NCBI RefSeq assembly: GCF_964204645.1
Contig: NC_134029.1
Span: forward strand, 11,434,850-11,498,849
Source: Tubulanus polymorphus
Taxonomy: Eukaryota; Animalia; Nemertea
Length of the DNA stretch: 64,000 bases
Direction: 5' to 3'
Below, piece after piece: positions 22,301-36,379 of this stretch (within the stretch, counting starts at the first letter, position 1; the number at the start of each line of letters is the position of its first letter). Below the pieces are notes generated by a model that searched no databases, was not told the origin of the DNA, and saw only the letters and a program-made list of their open reading frames with translations. Made by a program: the position numbers and the translations under genes.

Positions 22301-23275
22301 GCGGGCTAACACGGCTGTCACCACACTGTAAAAAGTATTTCCGTAAGTTAACGGCTAGAAGCCGTAATTTCACGTTGTTGCAGTGTTTCCGGGAATAAAT
22401 CCGTAAATTAAAATTTCTGATTCTCCGTTTAAAAACGGCATGGCTGTCGTAATTTTAAAACGGATTGAAAACCGTTTTCCGTTATTATGCGGTATATTTC
22501 CCGGGCCAGAACATAAACGGATTCGTTTTATGACGATGGAGATCCGTATATAAACGGTTTAATTTAAATTCGCTGCCAGACGGTGAAAAACCTCTGATAA
22601 ATGACCTATAAATGAACTATAAATGAGCTCTGATAAATGAACTATAAACGTGGTAATTGATAACAAACTGAAATTTCTCATGGAAAATGACCAGAAAAGT
22701 AATAAGGGCATCTTCCCCTTAGAAATTGACATAATCACATCTCCAATAAAACAACATGTTTGATTAGAAAAGCCCTACAAACAGCCCTAAGACGTGTACT
22801 GCCTAACTATTTCTAACATGTTTACATGTATAAGGTCTATCCTTGGAGCAATATTTATTACAATATAAATCAATCAATCAATAGTTTACTTTATGAAATT
22901 ATGACCAAAATTATACATGTTAAAGGTGAATCCTTGGAGCAAACATAATAACATACAATATAAATCTTTCCGTCAATAGTTCACTTTATGAAATTATCAC
23001 ACCGGTGTACATAAAACAGATTAGTTATTCATTTCATGAAGGGCAAACTCACTTGTGGGTGGACTAACATCTGTACTCTTTATAATGTACATTAAATCTG
23101 AGTAAGCTCAAATTCCAAATAAAAATTTTCAAATGCTAAAACAATTAGCTTTAAAAAAATACTAAGTATCTAAAAATGAATTACCTGCTCTATTGAGATC
23201 AACAGGTAGCCAAAATTTCACAATTTTAGCTCTAAAATAATGATCTAAACTAAAACCTACGGAAGCGTCCTGTGG

Positions 23276-24646
23276 TATGGTGGCTGATTCGGGCCATAAT
23301 AAAACAATTTTCTGTACGGCTAGAGCAACGATAAAAAAATTTTCACAGTGGCCCTTTTTGGGTTTTCAAACTTTTTGAATTTTCGCGCGAGAAAACCGAA
23401 AGTCTTGAATTCTCGCGCGAGAAAACCAAACAAGAAAATTAACTTTAATAAATTATTTGACGCCTGCGAAAAAATGTAGAATTTCTGGTATAAGCTAATG
23501 TGGAATTGCAAATTTGAAATCGAAGTTTTAAGAAATTTCGGGAATTATGAGATTTGGTGATTGGGTAGATGATACAGTCTTCGACTGGTCTAATTAAAAA
23601 AAAAAATTGTCAACTTGTGACTTCGATTCACTTTTGCCGCTAAGCTGGTCTGCAACTTCATTGCCTCCATGGTTGAAGAAAGAGCTCACCGATGTCTGCT
23701 TCATCATGACTTTGAGCATATCGTGTAGTCAGCCAGCCCGGTCCTGGGGCCCGGTCTGACTGTCACTTGATATCCTAGACTTGAGTCTGGGTTGAAGTAG
23801 ACATTGTCATTTAAATAACTTATTCATGTTATTCTGTATGAATTAGCCGTGTGTCTTGTATTTTCTTATTTTAAAATTTGCAAATTTATTGATTTTTGGA
23901 ATTTCATCCCGGAATTTCAATGAAATAAGGATCAATAAAGTATTGAATTGAATTGTCACCTTATACACATGCCATCAGTGGACGCGGAGCCGTATATGAC
24001 AGCTATGCTATTATAGATTGCTAATCTCATGAAACCTGCATACGTCTAATATCGAACACATTTTCTAAACATTTGAATATTGAAATTATATGTTTACACG
24101 TTTTTATATAGACCGCTTGTAGCCGCCGATGAAATTCACGCTGGCCCAACTCAGATCGTAGATAGCTTCGCCATTCCACTAGCATCCCCATGTCAGGGTC
24201 TGACTTTTATATCAGACTTCCAAATCGTGTATACATCCGCCATTTAACCGAATAATCCGATTTACTTATCATTTCTATTTATCCCTGCCGCTCCTGATAT
24301 AATCATACATCCTTTACTATTACAATACGTCTTCTCACGATATTCAATGCGATATAACATTTCGACGTTCAAATAGAGGTCATTATATAATCCCAGGGAG
24401 CCATTCTACATCTTTATCAATAATATTTTGCCAAATAGCTTGTATGTGTACACATAAACCTGTGACGTTTTGTACATCGATTTACGGTTGTCGTTTGTAA
24501 AATGACGCTGGATGGTTATCATTGTTTAGGTTTCATAATGGTAACGTTTTATAAGGCGTCAAAAAACGGGCCAATGTGAAAAATTTTTTATCGGTGCTTT
24601 AGCCGTACAGAAAAATTTTTTCGTATGGCCCGAATCAGCCACCATA
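23276..24646. mobile_element. IS3EU-like non-autonomous DNA transposon
   Basis: TATGG...CCATA termini and a ~70-bp TIR. 6-bp TSD CTGTGG at 23270-23275 and 24647-24652. Confidence 0.8.
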
Positions 24647-25059
24647 CTGTGGACATATCTATTAAAAATATTTTTCGAGATTAATTCGGCGTGTGTAACT
24701 TGTATGAATGATTTTTATGAATATGTATTCGGTTGCACAGTCAAAGGGCCTTAGCTCTGGAAACCATGTCATTTAAATTCCCTCCATTGGTAAAGTAATA
24801 GGCTCAGCCCAGCCTAAAATTGGTGGATCCCAATTCAATGAGATGAGATATATCCTATAACATTGCAAATAATAACCAAGTATTAAGACTATCAGTTAAA
24901 ACCTGTTCATATTTTCCTTGTTCCACTTATGAATGGGCGGCCATCTTTCAATGTGTCGTCAGTCGTCGTGATTCATAAAGTGTCAAGACAATCCAAAGAA
25001 GCGTCTATAGGCTGCAATAGCCCGCTGGAACTAAAGGCCCAATTGGGCTAAAAAGTGCT

Positions 25060-25950
25060 AAATCATAATTTCATACTAACAAAATATCAATATCATAGGT
25101 GCAACACATTTCGTACAACTTCTTTCATCGGGAGCATCCACCTCATTTTCAACCATTTCTATATCTTCCTTGAAGAATGTTGTCAACATTTTGAAGCATT
25201 GGTCCTCGAGGTGATCGCTGTGCTCTATTTCATAATTCTTGGATTTTAAGAAATCATAGAGGAGAGACAATCGGTCCATTACACGGGCATCATCAAAGTT
25301 CATACTACCATCAATAGATGTACAGAAGTCAACAAAATGTCTCCTATGGAATAGGGCCAAGGGTCAGTTACCCTTCACCACTTCAGAGTGTTGTCTTTCT
25401 AGCACCTGTTTCCTAATAATATCATGCCTTTTTCTAAGCAGATCAACTATTTCCACATTATCGATCACATTGTTTTGATATAGTTCTTTTACTTTAACCA
25501 TATTTGGATTTTTATCAGATTTCAATAAGGATGTCACGGTTGCAGTTTTATGTTTTTTAGGTTTACACCATCTTCGCTTTGTCTTTTCAACCTAGTTCCA
25601 TGGTCCCGAAGTTGTTCTAATTTCTTAACTATGATACCCTTTCCGTCCTTAATGAATTGACCCAGTAGCCTACATTCGAATGATAGCGGGTATTGAGATA
25701 TTCGATTTTCAGCAATCATTCTGAATTCTGGAGAGCCGACCTTCTCATACCGACACTTCATTCTAATAAATGATTTTTAACAATAGCGACCTCTTTTCAT
25801 TGTCCAGTTTTCTTTGGTTCTAAGTGTTGCTGGATGGATTGTGGGATATTTGGTAAAGTGAATGTAATGCTCACGTTTTAATTTTTTACAAATTTCCATA
25901 TTCTCCTCATGATCACGCTTTAAGTTTTTATCGGCAGGCTCTGATTCAAG
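25060..25950 (-). pseudogene. Decayed intronless ORF of unknown family (~300 codons)
   Basis: ORFs 25777-25965, 25534-25761 and 25076-25360 chain together through in-frame stops and one frameshift. Confidence 0.4.
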
Positions 25951-25952
25951 TT

Positions 25953-27653
25953 GCATTCTTACCAAAGCTGTTTCAGTACTATGGAAAGGGCGGTATGCAG
26001 ACTGAAAAGGTTAGTATAAACCATTAGACTTTAGGTGATCTGTGATACGACAAGCAATGACCTTCTCGATAACCTTTGAGAGGAAAGGAATGTTTGAAAC
26101 CGGCCGATAATTGCCAAAAACTTCACTATCTAGAGACGATTTCATCAACAACGGATGAACAATAGCGTGCTCGAGCACATCAGGAAAACAGCTGGATGAT
26201 ATACATGAGTTAACAATATTAACTAGAACCTGCAGTATACCAGAATCATTCAATACAGGTTTAAAAACAGCAGTAGGTACTGGATCTAATCAGGCATTGT
26301 GGATATAATTTTGAAAAACTCGAGTACATTTGTGTGATCAAACTGCAAAGGCCCACAAAGATTCGGTTTAGTAGCATTATCAAATAATGGAACACAGTTA
26401 TTAGCATCTAGTTGTTCACGAATATGCTGCACTTTATCAGAGAAAAATTTACTGAAAGATTCAGCTATAAACTCATGTTCACCAGATGGCAGAGAAGTAG
26501 CATTCCTATTTAAAAGTTCCCTGTTGATAACATTAAAAGTTTGTTTCATATTGCACATTTTACTTTTGTAATATTCAAATTTGGCACATTTAATTAAATT
26601 TACGACCTTACTCCGTTGATCAAGGAACGGCTGTTTGTGTACAACAAGTTTTGTCCTTTGCCACTGATGTTCTAGTTTCCGGCGAAGTTGTCGAGCACTG
26701 TGGATGTCATTGTTGTACCACTTAGAAGTTCCTGGTCGTAGTTTCAAAGTACGTTTCTTCAGAGGCGCAACTGAGTCCAAAATATAAGAGCCAGTGAGAT
26801 TGTACTGCTCAACTAAGTGATTAGCATTCCAGTGACCAATATGCATAAGTTGAGAAGCCCAAGTTGTCGAAAAAGTTAGTGAATTAACGCTACGGAGATT
26901 CATTGAAGTTTTACACACCAAAGGCCACTTAGGTTTATCTATAGATAACTCACACAAAATTGTTGAGTGATCAGATATACAAGAATCCTCAACTGTGACG
27001 CTGCTTATGATAGTATCCAATGAACGAGAAAGGATAAGATCAAGCGTGTGTCCATATTTATGAGTTGAACCGGTGACGCGCTGATTAAATCCATAAACAG
27101 ATAGTAAACTTAGAAACTTAGCCACATCTGGCTTGCTGGCACCGTCAACGTGAAGGTTAAAATCCCCAGCAATAATAATAGGGTATTGTAACATTGCCAT
27201 AGTAGCGATATACTGTTCAAACTCCTCCAAGAACTGTCCTACCGTAAAGCGGTTCTTCTTCGACGGAGGAGGGCGATAAACTGCAGAGATAATAGACAAA
27301 ACTGTCTTATCAGAAATGATCTCAGATTCCAACAGTTGGAAGGTGGAAACTGTAACTCGAGGTTTCCTGACTTTGACAATAACTGATGGCTTATACAGGA
27401 TGCCAATGCCGCCTCCGCGGCCAGACGACCGGGGTTGACTTTTGAATTTGTATCCTTCAGGTTTTAAATTCTCTATGCTACAAGAATTGAGGTCATTGTC
27501 TTTAATCCAGGTTTCTGTAAAGAGAGCAATGTCTGCGGACTGATCTAAAACATGTTCACTAACTAATGTTGTCTTATTCACAAGTGATCGTGTATTAAAA
27601 AGCATTATTTCAAGTCGGCGGGTAACTGATAAAATCTTTGGAATAACTGTCAA
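25953..27653 (-). mobile_element. L2/CR1-group LINE ORF2 fragment: APE endonuclease plus RT N-terminus, 3'-truncated
   Basis: APE motifs FNTRSL, FTETW, GRGGGIG, VYRPP, AGDFNLH, GHTLDLI, SDH. RT motifs NYRPVSNIPFLSKVIEK and QSAYRPFHSTETAL. Confidence 0.93.
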
Positions 27654-28065
27654 ATTGTTTATATTTACTCCACTCTGTTTTGATGTCCATGGTTGACTTC
27701 CCGTAATCCCATATATTGATTTTATGTGTCTTTGCTTTCTATGACCGGCACGAGGGAACCACGCTTTGTTGGTTTCCTGGCATTTATTCCCAGCTGAACC
27801 AGTCTTTTGTGTATGACACTGGCCAAACGATCCAGGAAGAAAGACACTCTAAATATTCGGTGTTGTCATATCGCGGAAAGAGAGAATCGCGTAATTTTCC
27901 AAAAACGCGGAATTTCTTCATTTTTACTATAAATAGTAAACGGGTTTTCCCACCGGGATACCCACTGTCGGACAGGGCACCGGACCCAGGTTTTCAACAC
28001 CGGGAATTAGTATTTGATAATTTATTATATCGCCAGTCAACAACTTAACGATACTGTTCCAAATA

Positions 28066-28147
28066 ATGGAGAACCTAGGCAATACGTGCTTTGCGAATTC
28101 AGTGATACAGAGTATCGCTGCATTAACTGAAGGAATACAAATCGATG
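28066..28147 (+). pseudogene. Ubiquitin-specific protease (C19) Cys-box exon inside the MULE-like element
   Basis: MENLGNTCFANSVIQSIAAL followed by a GTACGT donor-like site. Confidence 0.62.
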
Positions 28148-29631
28148 GTACGTAAACGTAGGATTTGTGATGACACCATGGGTCATTCTCCAGGACTCAC
28201 TTCCGAGTTAAGATTTGACTCTGGTCTCTGGATTTAAAACATTGGAAATGAATTGATTCTAAGTAACACATAGTTAACTCACAACTGTGGAACTGGATCG
28301 ATGTCAGACGAAAATAAATAGACATTATGTATATTTCATTCTGGCTTAGGATTGTTCATGCGTGTTGTGTGTCTACATTGTTGTTATAAGCGAAATAATG
28401 TGGTTTATCTTTTATAATTAAATGATATGAAAGATTAATATGTAATAGATGAAATCTAAGTGACGGACGCTTCGTCACTGCAGCTTGATTTAATTTTTAC
28501 GACTAAGATTAAGAAATCATAACGATTCGAAAACAACCTCGTTCACGGAGTGTAACGAAACCACTCAAAATAATGTCAGTGACTAAAGGAACACCGAGAA
28601 AATTAATTGTTGTCAATGAAACTGCCAAGAAACTCTTACTATGACTCTTAAAGTCTATCAATTTTATTTCGATGTTGAAATTGTTCTGTAGATTTAGGCC
28701 CCGAGCATTAAATTATTGAAGAAATTAAATCAATTCTTATTGTTAAGCTTGGAAAAATGAAAACTAATGCCATATAGTTAAGTGGTGGGGGAAAGTAGAT
28801 GAAACTTCAACTTTAAGGTTCGATTAATTTCTGGTTATTAAAAATTTTGGCTTATATTTTGATTAGGAAAATTATGACGAACCTGTTCATTTCATCTGTA
28901 GATCTAATGAAATTCAATGTTCTATGAAAATAACTTGACCCATTTCTTAACTAAATATAAACTGGTCTTTGGCTACCCTGGGTAGGTCGGTTTACCACTG
29001 CTAAAAAGATTACTATTTCGATTTGTATCAGGAATTTTTCAATGGTTTATAAACCACTTTGCAAAACACGAAATGTAAAAACCGACATTATGGTGAAACT
29101 GAGACGGTTTGCGAGATTGAAGAATTTGACCTGGTGTTAATTTAGAGATTAGCTCCATTTGAAAAGTAAAGGAAGACACGAAAAAATGAAAGACACGTTG
29201 AAACGCATCGATCGCATAATTTTTTTCTGCCAGAAAAAAAATCGAATAAATCATCAGCAGTAAAATCCAAATGTCAATAAAAAAATTGATTTCTCTCGCG
29301 AAAAATATTTATTTGTCTCTAATTCTCGGGGGAATGTCGAGGACCGGGAATCTACGGCTCAAAATTAATAGTGCAAGTGGCCAGCGGTAGCGAATTCCTT
29401 ATTTGGTGAAAGAAGGGACGGAGATTAATGTTTTTGCCGACCGCGATGTCGCTGCTCCTCGGAGCGATACCGTGCCGATCCATCCTCGGGCCGCCGCGCT
29501 GCCGAAATCGCGCTGCCGAAATCGTACGGCAACGCGACTCATCGCAGTTTTAGGGTCATTAAATTTGATAAATAATTACATATTTCAGCGCTGCGGCTGG
29601 GGGTGACTGTCGCACGCGCGCACGAGAGCGT

Positions 29632-31823
29632 AATAAGCCTTTTTACAGTTTCCAGGCGCCATTTTTTTGGGTACCCGCCGGGTCCGCATTGTTGAATTTT
29701 TTGTCCCTATTTTTCTCCGGTTTAATTTTTCTATTTCGTTCATATCTCTGGATTTGATTAAGATAGAAACAAAGTAGAAATATCGATGAACTCGGCTGAT
29801 AATAAACTTTTTTATGATATCACTCATTTATAAAGTTAATGCAACAATGTGCGCTGGTGAAGTTATAAACATTGATATCGTCTTCCCGATAATTCAACTT
29901 GAATTATTGCTCATCCCATTCAAAAGTTCGTAATTCTTACAAATATTAATCTACATTTTTGAAATTTTCAGGACCAATAGCCATCTATATGTGGTCTTAT
30001 ATACCTTTTACCGTTTTCAATTATCTTTATTAGTTTTTAAGTAATTGCGAGTCAAACTTCCAAAACACGTTTTCCCGGGTCCCCTGGGTGCATCTTTATA
30101 TCAGGAAATTTCACAATTTCACCGGTCCCTACTTTGTTGAAAATCAATTCATTAAGTAACCATGGAAATAAGGGCACCTAGGTTTTTGAAAAATGGTTAT
30201 TAAAGATATATATTCTCTAGGATTTGTCAAAATAAACAAAATAACCCAGGTGTTGCTTTAACCAGCTACCTAGGTTCACAACAGATCATTTTGTCCAACG
30301 TGTTTCATTCGATTCCAAAGCTGCACGTACGGGTATACGATTGCAAATGTGAAAGTCAGACATTATGTGGCACATGTATGAGGACCACAGTCTCAATGCT
30401 GCGTCGCATTGCCGTCGCAAATTTGCATGGCTACTTACGTGAAGTGGGCTAATACAGACCTTGTGTGATCAAAACTGACTTGGAATTCGTGCCAAATCTC
30501 AAAACAACTATCAAACACACGAGATCAATTTTGACAGAAAGTAAACGAAAGTTATGTTCCTTACTAATATATTCCAAAGTTCCAATCTTTCCAACACAAT
30601 CGACTAAGCCAAATATATTCAAATTCAATTTGAAACACCTTCCAGCTCTTGTCACGATCAGTAATAAAGATCGAACATCGAACATTCTCAAAAAAGCAAA
30701 GCCGATCCAACGGTTTGCAAGCGTCAAGTTTGACACGGCCGTGGCTGCCTCCATTTGTGTGGAGCTGCTGCTGAAAATTCAAAAATGTAAATCGGGTACC
30801 GGTATTTAACCGAGGACCGAGTGCTCGCCATTACACCATGGTATTTCTGATGGTTAACTTTTGAGCAACTGGCTCCAGAATCACCAGCCAACGGCCATAT
30901 TTCATTGATGCAATATACTGTGAAACGATATAATATAGACGGGAGATCAATGAAACTTAAATGCCTGACACTAAGACTTATTTCGACTTTTTTGACTATC
31001 TTAGATGATTGGGAGAGGGGTCCAAAAATAAGGACATTTTCCGTGGTTTAAGGCTGTGAGTAGGGTGCCCCTCGGTGTTGAAACAAATACATCCAAAACA
31101 ATTTAATTTGCAAGAGGATGAGTGTTAGATTTGTAAGTTTTATGCGATCACTGTCTTGACAAAGATGGTAATCTTAATGGGAAGGAGCAGGGGTCCGGAC
31201 TACCGACCCTCCAAACCCGTAGTCTGTCCCTGTGTTACTAGAAATATATCTCTATTTACCATTTTTTTCAAATAACTAGGTGCCCTTGTTTCCATAGTTA
31301 CTGAAAATTTTGATTTTAACAATGTAGGACCGGTTAAATTGGCAAATTTCTTGATATAAATATGCACGCATGATACTCTAGAAAACGTGTTTTGGAAGTT
31401 TGACTCGCAATTACTTAAAAACTAATAAAGATAATTGAAAACGGTAAAACGTATATAAGACCACATATAGATGGCTATTGGTCCTGAAAATTTCAAAAAT
31501 GTAGATTAATATTTGTAAGAATTACGAACTTTTGAATGAGATGAGCAATAATTCAAGTTGAATTATCGGGAAGACGATATCAATGTTTATAACTTCACCA
31601 GCGCACATTGTTGCATTAACTTTATAAATGAGTGATATCATAAAAAAGTTTATTATCAGCCGAGTTCATCGATATTTCTACTTTGTTTCTATCTTAATCA
31701 AATCCAGAGATATGAACGAAATAAAAAAATTAAACCGGAGAAAAATAGGGACAAAAAATTCAACAATGCGGACCCGGCGGGTACCCAAAAAAATGGCGCC
31801 TGGAAACTGTAAAAAGGCTTATT
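29632..31823. mobile_element. Nested fold-back element with ~570-bp inverted arms
   Basis: 29632-~30200 is the near-identical reverse complement of ~31260-31823. No clear TSD. Confidence 0.8.
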
Positions 31824-34174
31824 CTCCGGGATTCGAGCCTGCGATGGCAGTGAACCGGGCACCGGCGCGCGGTTTGTTTCATGAATTTGCTCCCGTTGCT
31901 AAGGGGATTTCAGCTATTTTCAAACTCGTTCGATCAACGCGGTTCATTGTTAAACTATTCATCGACCCAATCTTGTTCGAAATTTCACGAAATAAATACA
32001 TTCTGAAATAACCCGATTCATAAATTGCCGGATTTTAGTTAATGGGCTGCCGGATTTTAGCGTGACGTAATTCTACTTCCGATTTCCCCATGAACTTCAA
32101 ACCGGACGTCAAGTGACGTCATTTTTTTCTGACTTTGTCAGCTAGTCAGAATCGGTTAAGAAGACACTTTCTAGAATCCACATATACATACGCGTTTATC
32201 AAAGGGACGTCCTCCGGGCGCCTTCGGCGCCCGTCTATAAAATGGTTTCTTTTTTTTTAAATGTTTACTTTGCGACTGCTATAACATATATGTCCCTATG
32301 CTGATTATTTGGATCAAAAGAATCTTATTGGTACCGGTACTGGACGGCCGTAAAATTATAATAATTTCAAAGGAATTTGAACCGGTACTTGTTTGGTCGT
32401 AGGATTTCATGTTTGCAACCATCTACAACTACGGTCCGACACCGCGAACGTGCTCAATATTTATCTGATAATATTCGTTTCTGAAGTTCTCAAAAAGTCG
32501 ATGAACTTCGATAACCGAAGTTTGCCTAATAGAAATAGACATTAGGTGCCTGGTCTCTTTCACCTCACTTGATTCTGACTTCTTCTACAGGTGGCAGCCA
32601 GTCAACGGTATCGTAATATAATAATTCCATAATTGCCTGCAAATAATGGGATTCGAACCTAAGTCGTTGCATCGATCGGTCCGGTGCCCTGTCCGACAGT
32701 GGGTATCCCCGTGGGAAAACCCGTTTACTATTTAAAGAAAAAATGAAGAAATTCCGCGTTTTTTTGAAAATTCCGCGATTCCGTCTTTCCGCGATATGAC
32801 AACACCGCTAAATATTTGGATGGATATATGAAAGCTGTGGGTACTGGAGTGTGTAATGGGTAGTGTAGTGTGATCTGTGTGCATTTGTGGCCAGCACACA
32901 GATCACATTCTTCAATGGGGTTTGGTCCAGGACTCGCGAGATTTTCAACAACACGGAAGTAACGTGTAATAAATGATGACTTGAATTGCTTGACTACCTA
33001 CCACCCCTCATTATTGTTGGAAAACTAAACGTTCGGCACTGACTAAAAATTAGTAATAACATTTTAGAAATGGCCAGAATTTTAACTTAGGTTCTATCTC
33101 ATTTTTATTTCACAATTGCAATTGGTATAATTTTTTTTTTAAACGGCCGTTAAGGCTTCATGTTTCGTCTGCAATTCACTGCAAATAGTTACACAACTAC
33201 GCACATTTCAGTGTTTTTGGCAGCTGTACACTCAATCGGCACCGTTCGTCACTAGCTTCACTGCGGAATTATCATTAATTAACATCGCCATATCACATCA
33301 TCAACTTATATTGTGCCTTAAAACCCTAACAGCCGAAATAATTGAAATGCACACACGATTTCTATCATTGAAAATTGAGAGAGTGGCCATGTTTGTGTTT
33401 GCTGCTTCGCGTAAATCCCGCGCGGTTGCGCAACCGTGCGGAGTGGGTCGCGTAAATCCCGCGCGGTGGCGCAACCGCGCGGAGTGGGGCCGATACGTCT
33501 AGTCCCAGGTTAACTGACTGTTTGACAAAGCTGTATGAAGTCCTATATCTAAGCATAGGCCTCATTCTGAGATTCAAGCAAAATGTCTGTAAAAATATAT
33601 CCAAACTCTGGTTCACAAGTATGATATGATATCTCTCCACAAATCAGCACCAAAGTAATCCAAATGGTTCCAGGAACATTTATGGAAATACTAGTCCACT
33701 TTTCATAACAGTTCTGTAGCTAAAAGTGAAGTAAAATGACTTAATTCAGGAGCAAGAAAAGATAAACTCTGCTGTCGTTGTCATCGATCCGAGTCGTCAA
33801 GTGAACGCGGAAGTAAAATTCCATAGGAAAATCCCTACCATTCCTGTCCATATTACGTTGATTTGAGCCAGAAATCTTCAGGAAATGTAGCCAACGTAAA
33901 TTGATTTACTAATAGAATAAATCAATTGACTCATCTAAGGGATCATAGTTCATTAAAGTTCCTAAAACTCTATGTCTATCCGTCCTTCAGCTGCTGAGTT
34001 TCGTTAATGGTTTCGTAATCCGTAAACGCATAATTACTTCGGCCAGAGGTTTATTGTTATCGCCGGTCGGTCTACAAATCTTCACACGTATTGACAATTT
34101 TTTTGTGACCATAAGTAGATTTAAGCCAGATTCTGGAAATACTAGTGGAGAAAACACAAATTGTGTTCGATGCT

Positions 34175-35130
34175 AACTAGGGGTTCAGGGACACCATGCC
34201 CACTTGGGAAGTGGTTTCAAATGATCAACAATCTTACAATTTCAATATTCAATGCCCCCTGATGACCATATACAAAAACCAATGACTTTGAAACACAATC
34301 ATAGAATATATCAGCAGCTAAGATTTTGTAATTGATAGTGATAACAAAATATGCCTCATTACCAATTTAATATGTTATTCTACTATTCAACGCCCCCTGG
34401 TGACCATATGCAAAACCCAGTGACCCTGAAACTCACGACAATCATAGAACATGTCATGACCTACAACTTTGCAATTGATTCTGGTATCAAAATATGCCTA
34501 GGTACCAATCTAATAAGGAAAAACTAAGTTATTCTACTATTCAAAGCCCCCTGCTGACCATATATAATAACTAATGTCCTTAAAACTCACCACAATCATA
34601 GAGGATATCATGAAGTACAACTTTGCAATTGATTGTGGTAACAAAATATGCACAGGTACAAATATAATATAGAAATACCTAGTTATTGTATCATTCAACG
34701 CCACCCTGGTGGCCATATACAAAACGAAAGACCTTGAAACTCACCAAAATCATAGAACACGTTATGAGCTACAACTTTTCAATTGATTGTGGAATCACAA
34801 TATACTTAGGTATCAATATAATGCGGAAAAACTTTTTCCCACCTGTGAATGAGTACAGATGACACCAAGATGGCCGCCAATTGCGCCATAATTGGCTGAT
34901 CAAAAATACCTGACTCAGGTATAAAATATCCCTTTCCAAAGAATACCAATCACAAATTGCAATGAGAAATGGACTGAAGATGGGCTGAAGATGTGTCTAG
35001 GGTGGATACATTTGTAACCCAAATATCAAGACATTACATTGACGGTCTACAAAACATCTCAAAATAACTGGATTCCGTCTACGGATGGACGGACGGAACG
35101 CAATAGCCCTCTGGGTCTAAAGTCCCAAGT
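34175..35130 (+). mobile_element. Helentron-associated non-autonomous element (HINE/DINE-like) with ~154-bp tandem core repeats
   Basis: AACTAG start, core repeats, ACGG microsatellite and 3' hairpin. Same family as 59546-60816. Confidence 0.7.
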
Positions 35131-35239
35131 AACTGCTCAGTTTATTCGGCTACATAAACTTTCACTAGGTTTGTTGTCGATCATTGTATTGTTTAATAAC
35201 GATTTAGAAGTCCTTAAAATCTAGTAACAACAGCAGCCC

Positions 35240-35940
35240 AGGACAATGGATAAATATTTTAGAAAAAAGCAAAAAAGAATTATCAATTCTATTTATTAAC
35301 AATATTTCTATTTTCAATTAATTCAATATCTCACTACTTTTATCTATCTATGTGTAATTTTATCTATCTATGTGGAGCAATTAAATTGTGCAGATAGTCT
35401 ATTTCGGATTCTTGAATATTAAATCATGCGAATATTTTAGTAAAAAGTAAAAAAATAAATTTTTATAATCTTACAAATTTAAAAAAAATTTTAAACTGTT
35501 TTTCTCTTATTTTACTTTTTAAGACTTAAAAATGTATTCTATAATTTCTAAATCATGACCATCTTTATTTTTCCCATGATTAAATTATCTTAAATCCTTC
35601 TAAATCTTTTAATTCATCATTATTCAATGTAACCCATTTATTGGGTAGAAATACCCTAAATTCATGTGTTGTGTTTACACTACAATAACTTATACTTGCT
35701 GATATTTTTTCACCATATTTAGTTTTTATTTTTTCTAATTTTAATATTTTATGTTCAATTTCTTGTGAAACATCAACTAATTTTTTTTTCATATTGTCTT
35801 TTTGATGCTTTTATTCCGTTATTCATTGATGCTAAGAATATCTTTCTTTCTCCCATTTATATAGAAAAACAATTAGGAGTGCGGGCGAGTCAACCTCTCA
35901 ACCTTTGATCTAAAACGCTGATTTTGCAATTACTCTTAAG
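35240..35940 (-). mobile_element. Third AT-rich Polinton-related relic with OB-like gene (35580-35856)
   Basis: KKLVDV...KTKYGEKI...VFLPNKW..LNNDELKDL resembles the 15060 ORF. TATATAAATG start. An adjacent motif resembles the terminal hairpin arm. Confidence 0.55.
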
Positions 35941-36379
35941 ATATCCGTCATTAATTATAAAATATATTTCTTTATAGGAAGTGACCACTTAATACAGGCT
36001 TAATACATATATTCACGATTATGGCTTAGTGCTTACATGGTTTTAGTTAATACACTGTATATGGTGGGCAATTCAGTCGAGTGGGAAATCTCTGTATTAA
36101 ATGTGTCAGTGTACGTCAAAAATGTTGTAGAGTGAGACCTTTTAAATTCAGTTTTCTGTGGAATTCCTGTTGTCATCTTATTTACTGGATAACTCATTTA
36201 TCAATTACACTTATGACTTTATTCAACAAGTTGAGCAATCAAGAGACATGAATATAATATAAGCATTTCACTAGTAAAAAATGTTATTCTAAAATGTGAG
36301 TATATTTTTACAATACAGTCGTATTAAATCATAATAAGAGATGCATGCTTCTCATCACAAATTTGACTTGAGAGTTTAA

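Larger units (their letters stand above)
27858..32807. mobile_element. ~4.95-kb MULE-like element with ~130-bp TIRs and 9-bp TSD CTAAATATT
   Basis: CGGTGTTGTCATATCGCGGAAAG...CTTTCCGCGATATGACAACACCG. TSD at 27849-27857 and 32808-32816. No transposase seen. Confidence 0.85.

Noticed and set aside
29585-32011. Duplicated MSDIIKKF ORFs as paralogous genes
   Set aside because: They arise from the two arms of an inverted repeat, diverge exactly at its boundary and show no protein motif.
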